Part shown: positions 27,301-42,300 of the stretch, in pieces | Position numbering within the stretch: position 1 is the stretch's first letter | How the letters are laid out: every line of letters starts with the position of its first letter | Assembly: GCF_036588685.1 (NCBI RefSeq) | Contig: NC_086380.1 | Span: forward strand, 20,832,001-20,896,000 | Reading direction: 5' to 3' | DNA length: 64,000 bases | Source: Mytilus trossulus | Lineage: Eukaryota | The notes under the pieces: model-generated | What the model saw: the letters and a program-made list of their open reading frames with translations, nothing else | Told to the model about the DNA's origin: nothing | Databases searched by the model: none | Program-made: the position numbers and the translations under genes

Positions 27301-30300
27301 TCTCTTCCCTGATGGAGGCCTCAGAGATAGCGGAATATTTACTCAGTCCTATGGTATCACGAGATGACCCCTTCGGAAAATACGCTGCAGCCTATCTTGG
27401 TTGGAGTTCAGGTAGGCTTTTAAAATTATTGTAAAAAAAACCAACAATAAACTGACTGAGTTAGTGCTGTTGAAAATTACTCTTATTTACTAATTTAGAA
27501 ATGTTTAAGAGAAAGATTGAAGTAAAAATTAATGTGGTGTTGTGTATCCTTTTGAGGTTGGACTGTTTTCTGCTCTTTGGTTGGGTTGTTGTATATTTGA
27601 CACATTCACTATTTCTAAGAAAATTATGGGACAACCTACTACAATTTATATATCACAGATTTTGGTTGACTCTGAATAATGTGTCTCCATATCCCAAATG
27701 CATTAATTTGGGGGATAATTGATCAAGCAAAAAGAAAAGATAGAAAATAAATAAAAAAAAAAAAAAAAAAAAAATAACAGACTTAGTTCGGATTGAAATG
27801 TTGATGAAAAATAAATTACAAAAATAATTAAAAACAATTTACAAAAGACTAGAGAGAGGACATTATATCTATTGATGCCTATAGTTAGAAATAAGGACAT
27901 ATACTTAATATTTCACAGTTAACCATCTATCTTTCAATGTTAACCAATGTAACATAACCTTTCAGAGTGTACTGATGCCCCTGTAGCTCTCCTTCAATTG
28001 GACCAGTCTGTAATATCCTGTAATCTAGAGAGCACCTGTCGGGGATTGAGTTGTGCATTAGACGTACCATTCATCAGTAAAACATTTGAATTCTATATGA
28101 GACTAGAGCAGTGCGACTACATGTTAAAAGTTGGAATTGAACGACAGCAATACGAAAGAACACTCAAAGGATATCAATGGGGAGAATGGACACACGTTGA
28201 CCTGAATGGAATTTTAAAAATTAGGTTATTTAATAATTTTGAAAGTTATATACCATTAATTTTAAGAGTTTGTTTAGATGGGGAAAATTAAAATGATGAT
28301 TTATTTTGTGGTTTGATAAAAAAATATTAATTATGAAAATTAGTGTTATGAGAAATTCAAACAAACTATGATAACATCTATGGAAGAATTATATGTTGTT
28401 TTGACATGGTACAAGCTTCCTTTGCTTTTTATTCATTGCATGTAAAATTATAAGCCACAGTAATTTTTATATATAAAAAGGAAAATAATGAGGAAAAAGA
28501 ACTGTTTACAATTGTGTATAATACACATCCTCAGTATCAATTATATGTTTTGAGTAAAACATGTGAACCATACACAATTTTTTCTGTTTTTTTTTTATGA
28601 TTTTTATCTATAAAGGTTACTTTCCACTTTCTTTTATATGTAAATTAAAATTTTTTTTTTTTCAGTTTTGTTCTCCATGATTTGCACGCTGAGCCTGCAT
28701 TCCTGATTTCTATGAAACTGAGTTTATGTTGGGAAGCTAACCAGCCATGTGGAACTGTTTACAATATCTTAAATAAAGTCAGACTACCCAAGAAAGTGTG
28801 TGATTGGGACAGGAAGTTTCTTCTAAATGGTAGGTATTTACAAAATTGTTAGAAAAAGAATAGAGAATGAAAAGTCTTTATAAAATTGAGAATGGAAATG
28901 GGAAATGTATCAAAGAGACAACAACCCGACCATTGAAAAAACAACAGCAGAAGGTCACCAACAGTCTTCAATGTAACAAGAAATTCCCGCACCCAGAGGC
29001 GTCCTTCAGCTGGCCCCTAAACAAATATATAAAAATGAAAAGTCTTTATGTCTGTCTCATAAATTATGTCTATCAGCTGAAATGAATACAATGAGACTTA
29101 TAAAGAAGGAATAAGTAATTGTCGTCTGTCTAGTGACTCTAGTCATCACTAATGTTTTTAAAGCAAAATTCCCAAGAAAGGAATAGGACCAAACTTTGTG
29201 TATTGAAATAATTTACTCAACTAAATAATGGATGCCCATTTACTTGAAACAGTGGTTCGAAAAATAAATTAAAAAATAAAGGAGAAAAAGATAAGTAGGA
29301 TAACAGGAAAAGCAGATATAATTTGTATTATCCTAGTCACCTTTTTTTTTACAATAGATTTCAATTTTCTTTTCAGACTTTTCCCTGAATCAGTATAAGA
29401 CTGACAATGGTATTTCTACGCTTGATGAACATCATGTGTCAGATATTCTACGCTTGACTGGTATTTCACAATACATGAAGAGGACCCCATGTGATAGGAC
29501 TGCAGCTCCTTACACTGGGGCTGATGGAAACAACTGGAAAAATGGTGAGTTTACATATACTTTTAAGGTATTTACTTGTATATGAATTTTAATGATATTT
29601 GTATTGTCTTGGATGAATATTTATTGTAATGATAGAAGCTTTATATTAATACATCTCTTATGATATGTAGCTATTGCAAAGTTTTACAAATTTTCATTTG
29701 GTAACAAAATTAATAAATGCCAATGCAACAACAAAAGGTCAACAAAAAACATGTCCTAGATTGACCTTATAGTAAACATATGATTGTCAATCAATAACAT
29801 AAATGGGATAAAGCCAAACTATATGACACCAGCAAATTCTATCTTTTTGTAGATTGTGCTGATCCTGTAGGTACTTTATTACCTTTGGGTAGTGATACCA
29901 CATGTCACCTTGACTCATCATGTACAGCTGTAGATTGTTGTTTGGATTCTACCAGCCTCGATCTGACCTTCAATGGATATGTCCGACTGGACCCATGTAA
30001 CTACAAAATATATATAGGACTGGAGGGTATTGATTTAGACTATACACTCATAGACTTTGGATTTGGTACAGTGCAGCATTATGCCATGAATGAAGTTTTT
30101 AATATAGAGTAAGTATTGGAAATAAAAGTCTGTTGCTAAGTTGTTCTCCTTGTGTCAAATATATGAGGAATAGATTTGAGAAAATAATCTGAAGCAACAA
30201 AAAGAGCTTTTAAAATTGCTTTAGTAAAATTGGAAAATTTTAGGATCAGTATTTCAGTCTTTAGGAATTATTATGAGTTTATAACTAGATTGATCCTGCT

Positions 30301-33300
30301 AAGTGAGGCATATAATAAAGCTTTAGGGATATTTGTAAAAGATTAAACAACCTTTGTAGATGTCATAGTTGCATATCAATTTTTTCTAGCCTTGCTCTCA
30401 TAAAAATTATGAGTATGATTTACATTGTTCCCTGATTTAGAGTTAAAACAATCAAAATACTGAATTTGATGTTTCAAGCGCACATTTTGTATCCTTCATG
30501 ACCAAGGATCTAGGTGTACATAAAACCCATATTGTATTTATTTAATAATTTTAGTTTCGTGTTAGATAATCTGACAATATGATAATATGATATTACTATG
30601 AATATATCAGTATGTCTAGCATCAGGAGGGGCGTGTGAAGTGTTAACTAATGAATGCAATCTCTACCCTCAGTGCTAACAAGAGCTTTGATTTTTTCTAA
30701 TTTCAGTTTTGTGGTAGATGATCTAAGGGCAGATGAAGTATATGTTGTAACCATGAATATGTCAGTCTGTCTAGAATCAGGAGGGGCATGTGAAGTGTTA
30801 ACCAATGTATTCCAGGATCACAGGCTACCTAAAGCTGAATGTGACTATGATTCACAGTTTGTTATTCGTGGTATGTATTTCTCATACAAATATTGTTGCT
30901 ACAGATTCATTTATTTTAATGGTTACCAATTCCTAGATTGAGAAAAATGATTTTCTATTTTTCATTTCATGGTTTTGAGGAAGTCTGCATACAAGCCTAT
31001 AATAAGTTAATGTTTAGTTAAATTTCCAGTTTAACCTCACCCATGCAATCCTCATAAAGTGGCATCCAACAAATAATAATGAATCTACAGTAGTACTACA
31101 TATTTATGTTTTTAGTCAAAAGCAAGTTGTGTTTAAAATAAATTTAAGTTTGCCTCCCAAAAATATTTTATTTTTAGATATGTTTCATACACTTTTTATA
31201 ATCCTACACAAAAAAATTAACAAGTTTTCCCTTTTAGAATTTTTTTCTACAAGGTACACAGATGCTTGAAATTTTATTTGTTTTTAGGATTCAGCTTAAA
31301 TGAATACTTAGATGAGAAGAGTGTACCTACAGACAGTGTACCCCTAGACGTCTACACTATTGCCCAATTACTACACGATACAGCTCTTGCACCTTACATG
31401 ATGGATGATGCTTGTGATCAAACTGTTATACCATATTATCCCAATGATCAAGGATGGAACAGAGGTAAGAATACTCTGTGTTTTAAAATATGATTGTAAT
31501 GAAAATATTGATAGAATATTAGATAAATTACATAATGTGAAAAAAAACTAAGTAAGGTTTTAATTAATAAATAGAAAAAGTGAAGAATAGAATTTATAAA
31601 ATGTTATGTTTTAATTAAAGTAAATTTGTAAATGAAAGATAATTTTAACTGCATTCAAATAATTATTTATTAAACATTTTCAGAGGACAAACATATACAA
31701 AGTTAAAAAAGAAATCTTCATTTACAACCTTAACACAAGATTACTTGTTTTATACATTAATCAGCCTTGTATGTAAAAAAACAATTATTTTTTCTTTTTT
31801 TTTGCATCTTCAGCATGTGAAGAACATGTAGAATTACCAGTACTGCAATCTGGTACCATCTGTCATCTATACAGCTCTTGTACTGGTGTCACCTGTTGTA
31901 GCAGCTTCCCAAGGATCGATAGAAATGTTAACACACAGTTAAAACTGGATCCCTGTAACCGTAAAATGACCATAGTCATTGAGAAGCTTGAGATTACCAT
32001 TAGCTTGTTTGGATATACATATGGTGAAGTTAAAAAAGTAAAATTACATGGAGTGATGGGTCTTGAGTAAGTACTAATAGTTAAAGAATAATCATCAATG
32101 GACTACTAGAAAGTAAAACCGCAAAAATACTGAACTCAAGGAATTTAAAACAGAAAGTTCCTAATCATATGGCCAAATCAAAGGCTCAAACACATCAAAC
32201 GAATGGATAATTTAAACATATTTTATTGTTAAAAAATGACACGTATGGATGACAACTGTCATATTTCTGACTTGGTACAGGCATTTTCTTATTTTCTTAA
32301 TTCATGCCACTTAATGATTTTACATGTATTATTTTCAGTCAGTCACATTAAATATATACAATGAAGATGTGATTTACCAATAACCTGGTATTAAGTATAA
32401 AGCACTTTGAGTGAAGTTAAAGAAAATTGAAAGTCCACAGAGAAAATTCATAATTTGTAAAGTGCAACTTTAATCTTGGCTAAAACAAATAAAATGTAGG
32501 AAAGATGATGTTTTTTTTGGGTGATCAACATAATATAAGAACCAATCTGTTTCAATTAAGTCAAGGTTTCAAAAAATATATTTTCAGGTTTAAAATTGAA
32601 AATCTTGAATCAGAAAGGAAGTTTCTGGTAGATCTAGAGATGAGTATTTGTTTGGAGACCAATGGAACCTGTGAAATAACTGTCCCTGTCATGATAAGTA
32701 CTGCCCTACCAAAGAAACCATGTGATTGGAAGAATGATTATGTCCAAACAGGTATTTAGAAAGCAGGATGATTTAGCATAGAAAGTAAAAATACAAATGA
32801 AATCAATTTTGATAGGTCTAGGTCAGAGGTCAACTCATTTCAAGCTCAATAATTTGTAAAGCAAACAATGTTAAACATTCTAGAGCATAAAAACCATAAG
32901 CACTATACTCAACTCAATGAAATTGTTTGGAAGTTCCAAATGTTTCTTGTCTTTATGTTCATTTATTGTACCAAAGTGAGATTTTATTTTGCTTTTAATA
33001 AGTGTTTAATGATAGAATTTCTTGTAACTGAATTGTCAAAGAATAAAATGTCTTTTGTTTCAGATTTTTCTTTCCTTGGTTTCCTGAATGAGAATGGGAT
33101 AGGTGTGAACGATAATCTAGATACCAATGAAATGTCTGCTTTGATAGAGAGGTTAGCCATTGGAGATTTTTTGAAAGACACACAATGTAATAGTTCTGCA
33201 TCTCCCTACAGTGGACATTCAAATGGTTGGAAAAATTGTAAGTTGTTTTGTGACTATTTTTGCATTGATAATCAACTTAGAGTTACAAATATTAAGTACA

Positions 33301-36300
33301 ACTGGGGTAAATTAAATAAAAAAGTTGAATTTGTTTTTGATACTGAAAATAATTGCATTTGAATTTTATAGCAGATATAGAAAACTTTGATGAACTGATA
33401 ATCTTTCTTTTTGGACAAGATAGATGGAATCAGAGACCCTCCAATGTAATACAGAGCAATGTTTAATTTTTAGTTCAGACTGCAAAAGTAAAACAAACTT
33501 TACCCTCACTGCTCTCAAGTACTTTGATTTTTCATAGTGAACAAGTGTGGACACAGATCAGTGTGGATAGAAATGTTTTAATTTGTGATAGTGTGGTTGA
33601 CAGTGTTATCTCCCCTGAGGCTATTTATTGGTTTTTCTTTATGAAATTCTGTAAAAAAAAAATGCTACAAGGGCATTCTTATTTCTGTTGTTATTAATTT
33701 ATTAATCATGAACCACAAAATGATTAATGCAATCAATGAAGTTCAGAATTTAAGATAAATCTATAAATGTCCAATGAGCTGCAATTGGTAATCATAACTT
33801 CCGCTTTTGATCTATTACATTGTTTTTTTCATAATAAAAGAAATCCAGGAGAATCTGTCCTATAAGTTAGACAATTATATATACATAATCATATATATTT
33901 TAGAGGCTAATTTTGTCTTTTTATATTAACAGCTTGTGCACAGTCTATGGCAACTCTTCCCACTATATCAGGTGCTGTATGTAATGTTGGCAGTGATTGT
34001 ACCACTGTCTACTGCTGTTTGCCAGACACCAGAATCAGCAAAAGTTTTGAGACATTTGTAAAGTTTGAGCCATGTCTTTTCACATTGAGTGTTGGAATAG
34101 ACAAATTAACATTCAGTACACTTTTGTTTGATTATGAATGGGGTCAGCTGACTGAAGTTTGGTTGTTTGGATACGTCAGAATGGAGTTAGTATATACACA
34201 CTTATAAAGACCTTAGAGAGTAAAACTGGTCTCCATTTAACATGTTTTTAAAACATACAATTAAACTGTTGTATATCATTCAATATTTTAATGATTGTCA
34301 CTTGTCCTTTTTAGTCTTGTTTGCTTTAGAAATTGTTTTGGAAAAAAGCAAAAGTACATTTGGTGTAACACATGCTCTTAAAAGTCAAATGTATTTTATA
34401 GAATTTAAATTTGTAAATTGAAATGTTGAAACTTTGTATAAATATAAAAAAAAACATAACCTTTTTTGGTTTAATCATTTTCTTTAAAATGGGTCAAAAT
34501 GGGAGACATAACATCTGGTTTTGACAGTACAGAGCAAAACTCTGAGAAATTATCACACAGGATATGCATTTTGTAACTATCTCTTTTGAACATAACTTAA
34601 TTTCGGAAAAAAGATCGTACCAAAAAGAGATCATACATAACAGATTTAATGTAAGTTTATTTTTAAATAGGTTTACAGTGAGGGACTTGGAGATGGAGGG
34701 AGAATACTTAATTGACATGAAACTTCAGATTTGTCGTGAGTCAGATACAGTAACAACACCATGTGGAGTTGATATTGTAATCTTTGATAAATATAGACTT
34801 CCTAAATTGTCATGTGACTGGAATTCAGGATTAGATACAGGTAAATATTAGTATATTCAATAATCTTTTACGTAAATCTGATGAGAAGGGCATTTTGTGA
34901 ATTTTACTTTAAAAATGAAATTCTGTCTAATTTAATCTATGCACTCATCATTCTATGCCACAAAGATATGATTGAATTGAGGGGGAAAATGCATTAAAAA
35001 ACAAAGACAGAGAAAAAAATTGAAATTATGGAAAATAGTACCAAAATTGCAGAAGATAAAGTCCTGAAATATATGGATGGCAGTTAAGGATGATGGAAAA
35101 AAAATCGGAAATAAAGCCCTATTTTGATCAATCTTAAAGATCTGATAAAACCAAATAAATGATTTCCATTTTATTTCCCAGGATTCCAAGGATTAACAAC
35201 ATGGCTGACAGACAACAGTGTAACTAAGACAGAACCTCTGAGAGGACCAGAGACCTCCAAGTTAATGTCTGATGCTGGCATTGCAGCTTATCTGTATGAA
35301 CCATCATGTGATCAGCAGGGTAGTACCTACTCTGGAAATGTGGGAGGTGTCAAAAATGGTAAGGGTTAAGTATAAGTTGTCTTTTGTATAATTTTGACTG
35401 TGAATTGCATCTTTTTGTGATCATTGTAAATACTTGTTTCATATCATTAAAGTATAAAATGCCTTGTGGTTTGACAATGCTGTTAAAAAATTACAATTCA
35501 CACTTCTATGTAAATTATTTCTTCTACACAGTTTGATACGTCAGAAATTATTGAGAGCATTTTATTGTGACTTTGTCATTTGAGACTGATACACGATTTT
35601 AATTTTCTCGATATTGGGAAAAATCCTGTTTAATTTATACTTAAGAAAAAAATAAAATGAGAGTTTGAAATGTTGTGATTATAACCCTGTGGCATTTTTT
35701 AAAAAAAAAACACATTGCCAATATTTTATTTTATGTATCTGGTCTTTTTTCTCAGTTGTTTTTTGTGTATTATTAATTATTTATTGAATGAAAGTGTTTC
35801 TTTGTAAACGTGATATTTTTGGATTTCTTTTTGCATCAAAACAAAGTATTCCCTATTTGCAGATTGTGGAATGCCTGTTTCTGTCCCTGCGCTACCATCA
35901 GGAGTTGTCTGTACTGTTTCCACGGATACATGTACTGGTTTGGATTGCTGTATCACCATTCCACTAACAAACAAGACAATGAACTTCCGTATTAACATAA
36001 ATCATTGTTACCAGGACATTACTGTTGGATTGGAATCAATGTACAGAGAATATAAATTACTCGATTATGATTTTGGAACTGTTGAACATTTCAACCTGAG
36101 AGGAGTTGGAAAAATGGAGTAAGTTTTCTTATTTTGGTAACCTCAAAGTTGGATATTCCTTCCATATCCAAAGGAGTAGGTCCGGTAAGGGCCGAATTTG
36201 GCCTCAAATTTCAGGTTCATCTGACACAAGATTTTGAACACTTTTTAAACACTTTTAAAAGTGTCTATTTTATGTAAATCAATTAGTTTATGTGAAAGAT

Positions 36301-39300
36301 TTTAACTGATTTAGTCATAAAAAACGCACCGATTCAAGCTTAAATATTAAAAATCTACCAAATATGCCGAAAAATGTCACTTTTCAGCTTGTTTGTGTCT
36401 GATATGAAAGTGGCCGCGCCGCATCCGTGTTCATCCTCAATCTTTATATATGTCATGTATTATCGTAAAATACAAGTTAGATTTCAATATTAAGGATGAA
36501 CACGAATGCGCCCACTTTCGTTTTACACGAAAACCGTCTAAAATTTTACTAAAATGCTAGAATTGTGAAGTTTCCAGTAATTTAGCATGACTTAATGGTG
36601 CTAGTACCCGATATATGGGCAATGTATTGTCAAAAACAGCCCATATTTATGTAGCATAAGCATTTTACTGTGCAATAAATAACTAAAAGTTTACATTTTA
36701 ACAATTTTGTAAAACTGCTATATTTTTGGGCCAAAAAGAGGCAGACATGTGACTGGAGATTTGGAAATTTTCAGCTGGAGTTTGGGCCTCATAACTGGAG
36801 ATTTTTTATCGACATTTTTATCGACGTACGCAATGGTTTTTTGGTGTTTAAACTGCATATTTTCCTTTTTTGTTAATGATTTTATAACTCCATAGCCATT
36901 TTTACTTGATAGAAATAGAAGATCAGGTGTTTTTAAATATTTATTTATTATATATAAAGTTCAAGATAAAGTGATCAGCCTTCATATATAGGTGGTAAAA
37001 AGTATCTCTGCTTAAGAATCATTGTTAATTTTGGTACCACTAACTGAACTGTGGTGTTGAATTGATAGAGTTGTGAGCTTTCTGGTGGGTTTGTTGTCTC
37101 CATATGTTAGGTCAAGTCATTAGAGTCACCATAGTCAGCTTTGCAACAAGTGTAGTAGACATACATATCATGTCTCAGTTCATTAAGATATTTGTCGTGA
37201 GGTTAAGTAATACAACTGTTCAATGTTTTTAACAGCATCACAAAAAAGTCGTTGTTTATACAACTTTAATTAATCCATTGTCAGTATTTCACTTTTAATC
37301 ATCAAGGCATGTGTCTTAAACTTGCTAGTTGATCACCAGGTAATTACCAATACTCTTTTATTGCTGTATACACAGTCTAATCCTTAACACCTTCATAGAT
37401 AACTCGAGGCTATTTACCTTTTGACATCAAAACAGTTAAAGGAAACTTCCGTTTTTCTCGGACTTTTCCGATATGAATTTCGAGTTTCTCGGACTTTTTC
37501 TCTATCAGTACCACTTTTGTAAACAAAAATTTCTACTGAAATTTTTTCGAGGTTGACATTTTCAAAAAGCGGAAGATTTCAAATTTAAACGGGAGGGACG
37601 GAAGAGGGTCTTAAAAGCGGGAGATTTTGACTCCTGCCGGAAGAATCACATGTATGAAGAGGTCTTACTGGACCTACTCCTTTGGTAATTAAAAAGAAAT
37701 TATCTGAAAGATTTTATTATCAGAAGTGAATTTGTAGATATAAGAAAATGTGTATTTATTTTTTAAAAAGGATCAGAAGGCTTAATTGGTAATTTTGTTA
37801 ATGCATTGAAAATGAAAATCCAGAAAAGTTACAAAATATAAGGGCAATGTTAAAATTGTGTAAACCTGACATTTTTAAAGTTCTCAAGGATAGTTTAACA
37901 GATTTCATATTCTATTTTCAGATACAAAATAGAGGACTTCCTTGGAGAGGGTGCTTACTTGTTGGATATTAGTTTTTCATTCTGTTTAGAGACAGGAAGT
38001 TGTGAATTTACAGAAACTATCATCCAGGGGGTCAAGTTCCCTAAAAAGAAATGTACATGGGATGATACATATAGGGTGAAAGGTAAAAATCTATTACTGT
38101 AAATTCAGAAATTATTGCGATGTTTTTATTATTGCGATAAATGCGACAGGGTTATAATCGCAATAATTTAAACTCGCATTTTGAAATTCGTTAAATGAAT
38201 TAAACATGATTTTTCTCAATATCGCAAAAATTAAGATCGCATTTTAGTCTAAAAAAACAAAATCGCAATAATAAATGCACGCAATAATTTCTGAATTTAC
38301 AGTATATAGTTTGCATAATTCACTGTATCAGAATCTTATGCATTCTGGGTAATATTTTCAAAAGCATACACCAAAATATGGGGGTTGGTTAAAAACGTGG
38401 TAAATAATTGAAACTCGACCAATAACGTCATAGATGCCAACCACTACAATTTTTGCGTATTTTTTCCGATTTTGAGATAAAAACTACGCTATTACGGTCA
38501 AAGTTGAATAGTTACGGATTACCAATCATCGCCGTTCAATTATTGTAAAACACGGATTTTTATCATTACTTTTCTGTCCTGGTCCTTGATTTAGAAAACG
38601 CCAATGTAATGCTTCCGGTTTCTCGGGAGTTATCAACCTATTGTTGAGTAACTAATTAAATGTAATTATTTTTTAAATAGAGTTATGGATAAGATTCTAA
38701 ATTCTACCAATTATTTAATTAAACATTAAACATTGAATTTCGTGGTTCCTGAGTGATGAAAAAATCCACAAAAATAGTTCTTCAACAAATAATTATAAAT
38801 CCACAGTATTTATTGATAATCTTGAGTATGCTTGAAACATTTGCCTTTATTTGTCAATAAGCAACCAACAATCAATCAATGAAGCCATTTATTTATTGTT
38901 TTAAATGTGATATTTCAGACTTTTCACTGGAACAGTGGAGTAGGGAGAGATCTATTAATACAACACAAGTGTATCCAGCTTATTACATCTCAGAACTTCT
39001 ACAGAACTTAGACCTAACCACTTGTTATATTTTATTTCAGACTTTTCACTGGAACAGTGGAGTAGGGAGAGATCTATTAATACAACACAAGTGTATCCAG
39101 CTTATTACATCTCAGAACTTCTACAGAACTTAGACCTAACCACTTGTTATATTTTATTTCAGACTTTTCATTGGAACAGTGGAGCAGGGAGAGATCTATT
39201 AACACAACACAAGTGTATCCAGCTTATTACATCTCAGAACTTCTACAGAACTTAGACCTAACCACATGCTATATTTGATTTCAGATTTTTCACTGGAACA

Positions 39301-42300
39301 GTGGAGCAGGGAGAGATCTATTAATACAACACAAGTGTATCCAGCTTATTACATCTCAGAACTTCTACAGAACTTAGACCTGACAACATACTTCAAGAGA
39401 TTTCAATGTAGCCAATCAGCATCTCTGTATAATTCACCAACCAATGGATGGAAAAAAGGTCAGCTGATTTCACAGTTGTAAACGACGGTATCTCATTTGT
39501 TTTTTTTATTTTTTTTGAAAATAAGTTTTGTTACAATGTTGAGTTAAGAAAAAGTAAATTTTTAAATGATTTCCAAAAAAGAAATGCACTGAATATGTCT
39601 GAAAAACTTGTTTATAAAAATATAGTATAATTTTGAAGAGAGTCACTTTAGATTGTAAATTGTCTGATTAGCTAAAGATATATATCTCAAGACTGGTGGT
39701 TCACATGGCTGTACAATAGTCTTGAGCAAAAGATTTTTACCTCGTGACTTGTAGTTCAAATAAATGTAAAATTCACTATCTAATTTCAGAATGCTCTGAC
39801 ACAGATGTAGTAGCTATTTCTACCAATCCAATGACATGTCGACTGATGTCAGACTGTGCTGCTGTCAGCTGTTGTTTAGATGAAGATTTTATCAGCAAGA
39901 CTTTTGAAGTGATCTTTGAGATAGATGACTGCGAGAGAAAGATATACATTGGAATAGAAGAACTAAAGTTTTATATTCCTCTACATGACTTTCAATTTGG
40001 TAAGATTAATGTGAATAAATGTAAACACACTTTCAATCTTTTGCATTATTTTTTAATGTTTTTCTCTTCCATTTGTATTTTATTCACTCTTTTAAGATAT
40101 TTAATGAATTAATTGAAAAATATCTCTCCATGAAGTCTTAAATATGGTTCTTCTATTTCAAAGATTTACACAAAATCAATAAGTTGTTATAGATTATTAT
40201 CAAGCTTTCAGATATACTGTAAAGCGGGTTATTTTCGCAGATAGAACAAAGTTGCCAAAATAAATTCCACCAACTAAAAAGTGCAAATGCAAAGCTATTG
40301 ATAAATGTTTTGAATCCGCCAAAATAATAAACGCCAAAATAATAAATACCATAATAAAACACCAAAATATCTTGTATACCTTATTTAATGAAAATTCCAG
40401 CATGATGTCAATAATCATCCATGTACTTGGATTTTAATTCATATTTATATCTTTGTTCTTTTAGATACATGGCATGAATTCAGTTTAGTAAAGACAATCC
40501 GCATAAGGTGAGATAAAGAAGGATAGTATTGTTAGGTTGCTGTCTCATAGATATTAGCGTCAAATCTTTTATGGAGATTTATTCATTGATAAATATAAAA
40601 AGTACCAATAAAAATATGGCAGAAATGAATAAATCATTTAAGAAAATTTGATACTCTGGACTGGTTTGATATTTACTTTTTTTGGTTTGCGATTTTCAGA
40701 GGACTTAAGAGAATTGAAAATAAAAAAATGACAATTTCATTTAAGAATCATTAGACAAAAAAATGTAAATACAGAATTTAAACTATAACTATTTATTTAG
40801 GTACAATATATATGACCCTTGGAGTGAAGGAGTATATCTGGTATCCTTAGAGATATCGTCTTGCTGGGAGATGTATGGTAGTTGTGCCTGGACCCAGTCT
40901 GTACTGGATTATGCCAGATTTAAAAAACAGATATGTCCCTCACAGATGGCATACCAGAATTCAAGTAATTATGTCTTAAAAATTGATTAATGTATCACAA
41001 TGAAGTGAAAAATTGATTGTTATGGTGAAGTGAAATAATGCATTGACCTGCCAACCTATGAAACCTTAAAAGACGGAGATCTCACCCTCAGCTATGACAG
41101 CTGATTGGATAATTTTGCATGAACGACAATTTTAAGTTAAATATATTACCTGTGTTCATATTCATCTACAAAACACCAATGAGTTAATAAATATACTGTA
41201 TTTCTTCAATTCATGGTTATACTTTACAGTGACTATACAAATAACAAATGTTCTTCTACAAGGTAAGTGCCTGTATCAATGTTTTAAATTTGTTGTGAGT
41301 CTCACACTTTGCACACTGGCTTCCTCTGGTCCATAGATAAATCAATAAGTGAATCAATTTACCAAATTGTATCACTGTGTGGAAACATGTGTTGATGTTG
41401 TAATGTAATAAAAATAATTAAGCTTTTATAGGATCTGCTTACCCTTCCGGAGCACCTGAGATCACCCCCAGTTTTTGGTGGGGTTCGTGTTGTTTAGTCT
41501 TTAGTTTTCTTTGTTGTGTTTTGTGTTCTATAATTTGTCTGTTTGTCTTTTTCTTTTTAGCCTTGGCATTGCCAGTTTAATTTTGATCTATGAGTTTGAC
41601 TGCCCTTCTGGTATCTTTCGACCCTCTTTTGGAAGTGTAGATAAAAAAAATACTATTTCTAAATAATTTTTCAATTGTTCTAAGACAGAAAAATAAAGAT
41701 AAATGTATTTTCATTTTTTTTTAAAGATTTAATCTTTTAACATAAACAACCGATAAAAGTTAAGGATTGTAAAAGTGACTAAAAAGGTGAATAAACTCCA
41801 ATATTATTGTCAAATATACCATTTTATTTCAGGCTTCTCTCTGACATCTTTGGCTTCTAGTAACAGTTTTGACATGGATGCCATGACTGAAACAGACCTT
41901 ACACGTCTCTATGATGAACTGGATGTTGCCTGGTATCTTAAAAACACATGTGACTATGAAATGTCACCGTTTACAGCTAACAGATGGAATAATAGTAAGT
42001 TAAAGTAGAAAAGTACACTTTGCATGTATAATTAGTGGTCAGATATACTTTCCCGAAATAGAAACCAACATGTTTTTAACATCAAGGTTTTGGATGTTCA
42101 TTTGATAACTGTTAAGAAAAACTTTCACTGAAACTTATTTGATGCTTTTTCTACCTCGTTCAGATAACTATTTATTTTAAAGAAATGAATTATAAGAATA
42201 ATCAAATTTGAACTATGTATGTATTAATTTTGTTTCAGCTTGTGGTTCCACCATTAACAACTTACCTACGTTATCCAGTGGTACTTCCTGTTATATATCT

